The notes under the pieces are model-generated. The model did no database searches, was not told the DNA's origin, and saw nothing but the letters and a program-made list of their open reading frames with translations. A stretch of DNA of 64,000 bases. Origin: Promethearchaeota archaeon (GTDB lineage Archaea; Asgardarchaeota; Lokiarchaeia; Sigyniarchaeales; SOKP01). Where the stretch lies: positions 1 to 64,000 of the forward strand of contig JAEOTA010000014.1 of assembly GCA_016840085.1 (NCBI GenBank), given 5' to 3'. Shown in pieces: positions 62,381 through 64,000 of this stretch (its first letter is position 1; each line of letters starts with the position of its first letter). Position numbers and translations under genes: made by a program.

Positions 62381-63238
62381 CTAATTTACGATAAGCTTCT
62401 CTAAGAATACCTTAATTTGATTATTAACAACTTTACCATCATTAAAAATATTATTTAGATACCCATTAAGAAAGACTTTGATTTCAGAATTAAGATCTTT
62501 CAAATCAATATAGTTATATTTAGATTTCAATTTCTTACTATTAATCAACGGTTTTATGTGTGTATCGACTAGATTTAATATGAAATCAATTACCACATGA
62601 TTAATTCTATTTTTATCAAGTGGAGTCAATTCATATTCACCATGAATCGTCTTATTTCTAATTTCATTTAATTCAAGTAAAGTTGCTTCCAATTCCGGTG
62701 ATAAACTTAATAATTTTATTTTTATTGGTAAATCCTTCTCTTTTTCTGAGGTAAGTTGAGAATTGCAATAATTTTCTAAATTGGCATAAAATCGAACTAA
62801 TAATTTAAATGTATCTCCAAAATCATACATATTTTCCCATGCTGTTAGATTTAAATACTTGAGAGATGTTTTTATAGAATCTGTGACTTTATTTGCTGCA
62901 TTTGTTAGATATTGTGTATAATCTTCAAATGGAAATCCAAAATAATAGTTATTATATTTTTGCTTTATATCTTTCGCTATTATACTCTGATTTTGAATTT
63001 TTTCTTTTTTAACTATTTCTTTTACAAATTTCATTACGTAGTTACAATTTGGGCAATAAGTAATCCAAGAGCTTAGAATTACTTCTGCTGGTTTAACTCC
63101 GCTCGATTCAATATACCCATTAAATCCTGACAATTTTTTTCCATCAGAAGTTGAAAAAATCGCTTCTTCAGGGTAAAAAGTTCTTGGAATGAATTTAACA
63201 CTACATACAGGACATTTTAATTTTTCTTTTTGCCTCAT
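62381..63238 (-). CDS. Zinc-ribbon plus putative HEPN-like domain protein
   Basis: CPVC...CPNC; LNEIRNKTIHG (Rx4H). Confidence 0.65.
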   Translation of the reverse strand: MRQKEKLKCPVCSVKFIPRTFYPEEAIFSTSDGKKLSGFNGYIESSGVKPAEVILSSWITYCPNCNYVMKFVKEIVKKEKIQNQSIIAKDIKQKYNNYYFGFPFEDYTQYLTNAANKVTDSIKTSLKYLNLTAWENMYDFGDTFKLLVRFYANLENYCNSQLTSEKEKDLPIKIKLLSLSPELEATLLELNEIRNKTIHGEYELTPLDKNRINHVVIDFILNLVDTHIKPLINSKKLKSKYNYIDLKDLNSEIKVFLNGYLNNIFNDGKVVNNQIKVFLEKLIVN

Positions 63239-63491
63239 ACGTTTATTTTCTTCGAATATTAATTATTATTAATTTTAGTTGTAACGACTTAATACCTTCA
63301 TTATTCTTTAAAATATTAGTAATATAAATACGTAAATAATATGTAGACCATATTGCTATAAAAACTAGGTTTTACAAGTATATTCATCTTATAATAAGAA
63401 ATATATTAAAATTGGAGATGTTAATTATATTATTACGGTGTTTTAAGTATCCCCCAAACTAGTTTATAATTAAAAAGGAGAAAATTATAAG

Positions 63492-64000
63492 ATGTCAGAG
63501 GAAATATCTTATCTTGATGCTAAAACTCTTGAGAATTTTATGAGAGATGTTTTTATCGGTCTTGGTGTGCCACAAGATGATGCTAAAATCATTGCTGATG
63601 TGCTTATTACTTCAGATATAAGAGGTATTGATTCACATGGCATCCAGAGATGCAAAATGTATTATGATAGAATTAAGGAAGGAATCTATGAAGTTAAAAC
63701 TAAGATCGATATCATTAAAGATGGTCCTACAACGGCTCTTTGGGATGGAAATTGCGGGATGGGGCATGTAATTGCTTATAAAGCTATGCGGGAAGCAATT
63801 AAAAAAGCTAAAAAATATGGGTTAGGCGCGGTTGCTGTCCGAAATAGTACACACTTTGGTATTGCAGGTTATTATTCTCTAATGGCAATTAAAGAGGGCA
63901 TGATAGGATTAACAGTAACAAATGCCAGACCTTCAATCCCACCTACTTTTGGAGTAGAACCAATGTTAGGCACTAATCCGTTATGTGTAGGAGCACCTAC
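63492..64000 (+). CDS. Ldh_2 family oxidoreductase (malate/L-sulfolactate dehydrogenase-like), runs off window
   Basis: DIRGIDSHG, DG..GMGH, RNSTHFG.AG.Y, GTNP. Confidence 0.9.
   Translation, partial: MSEEISYLDAKTLENFMRDVFIGLGVPQDDAKIIADVLITSDIRGIDSHGIQRCKMYYDRIKEGIYEVKTKIDIIKDGPTTALWDGNCGMGHVIAYKAMREAIKKAKKYGLGAVAVRNSTHFGIAGYYSLMAIKEGMIGLTVTNARPSIPPTFGVEPMLGTNPLCVGAP

Noticed and set aside
47003-63290. 18/19-nt match ATTTTAGTTGTAA(A/C)GACTT at 47003 and 63272
   Set aside because: Only two AT-rich copies; could arise by chance in 64 kb at this composition
1-64000. CRISPR arrays, tRNA/rRNA genes, transposases
   Set aside because: No repeat-spacer periodicity, cloverleaf or rRNA signatures, or transposase motifs seen by eye

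Overview
AT-rich archaeal window that reads as Asgard archaeon DNA, probably Lokiarchaeia. This is inferred from a Rab-like GTPase, a longin-domain protein, a NOT4-type RING protein, a Bud23-like methyltransferase, an archaeal uS10 and GGTGA Shine-Dalgarno sites. It holds fatty-acid/CoA genes at the left end and a ~30 kb glutamine/glutamate hub (carAB, nadE, glnA, Lrp, FMN glutamate synthase, guaA, sudBA/nfnAB, three tandem gdh) with shared candidate operators. It also holds several eukaryotic-signature genes, three decayed genes and an unannotated SRP RNA. Top signal: two tandem unannotated ~46-47 aa ORFs (47151-47291, 47522-47665), each with an in-frame UGA at codon 21 (one as CxxU). Each is followed immediately by the same covarying three-way-junction RNA, suggesting a new micro-selenoprotein family with a non-canonical SECIS-like element. 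Second signal: a 30-nt stop-containing insertion with bulge-helix-bulge geometry in a nitronate-monooxygenase gene, whose excision restores the conserved QAGMG motif (candidate mRNA micro-intron). Non-AUG (AUA/AUU) starts also appear, including in uS10. All calls are by eye; no database searches were run.
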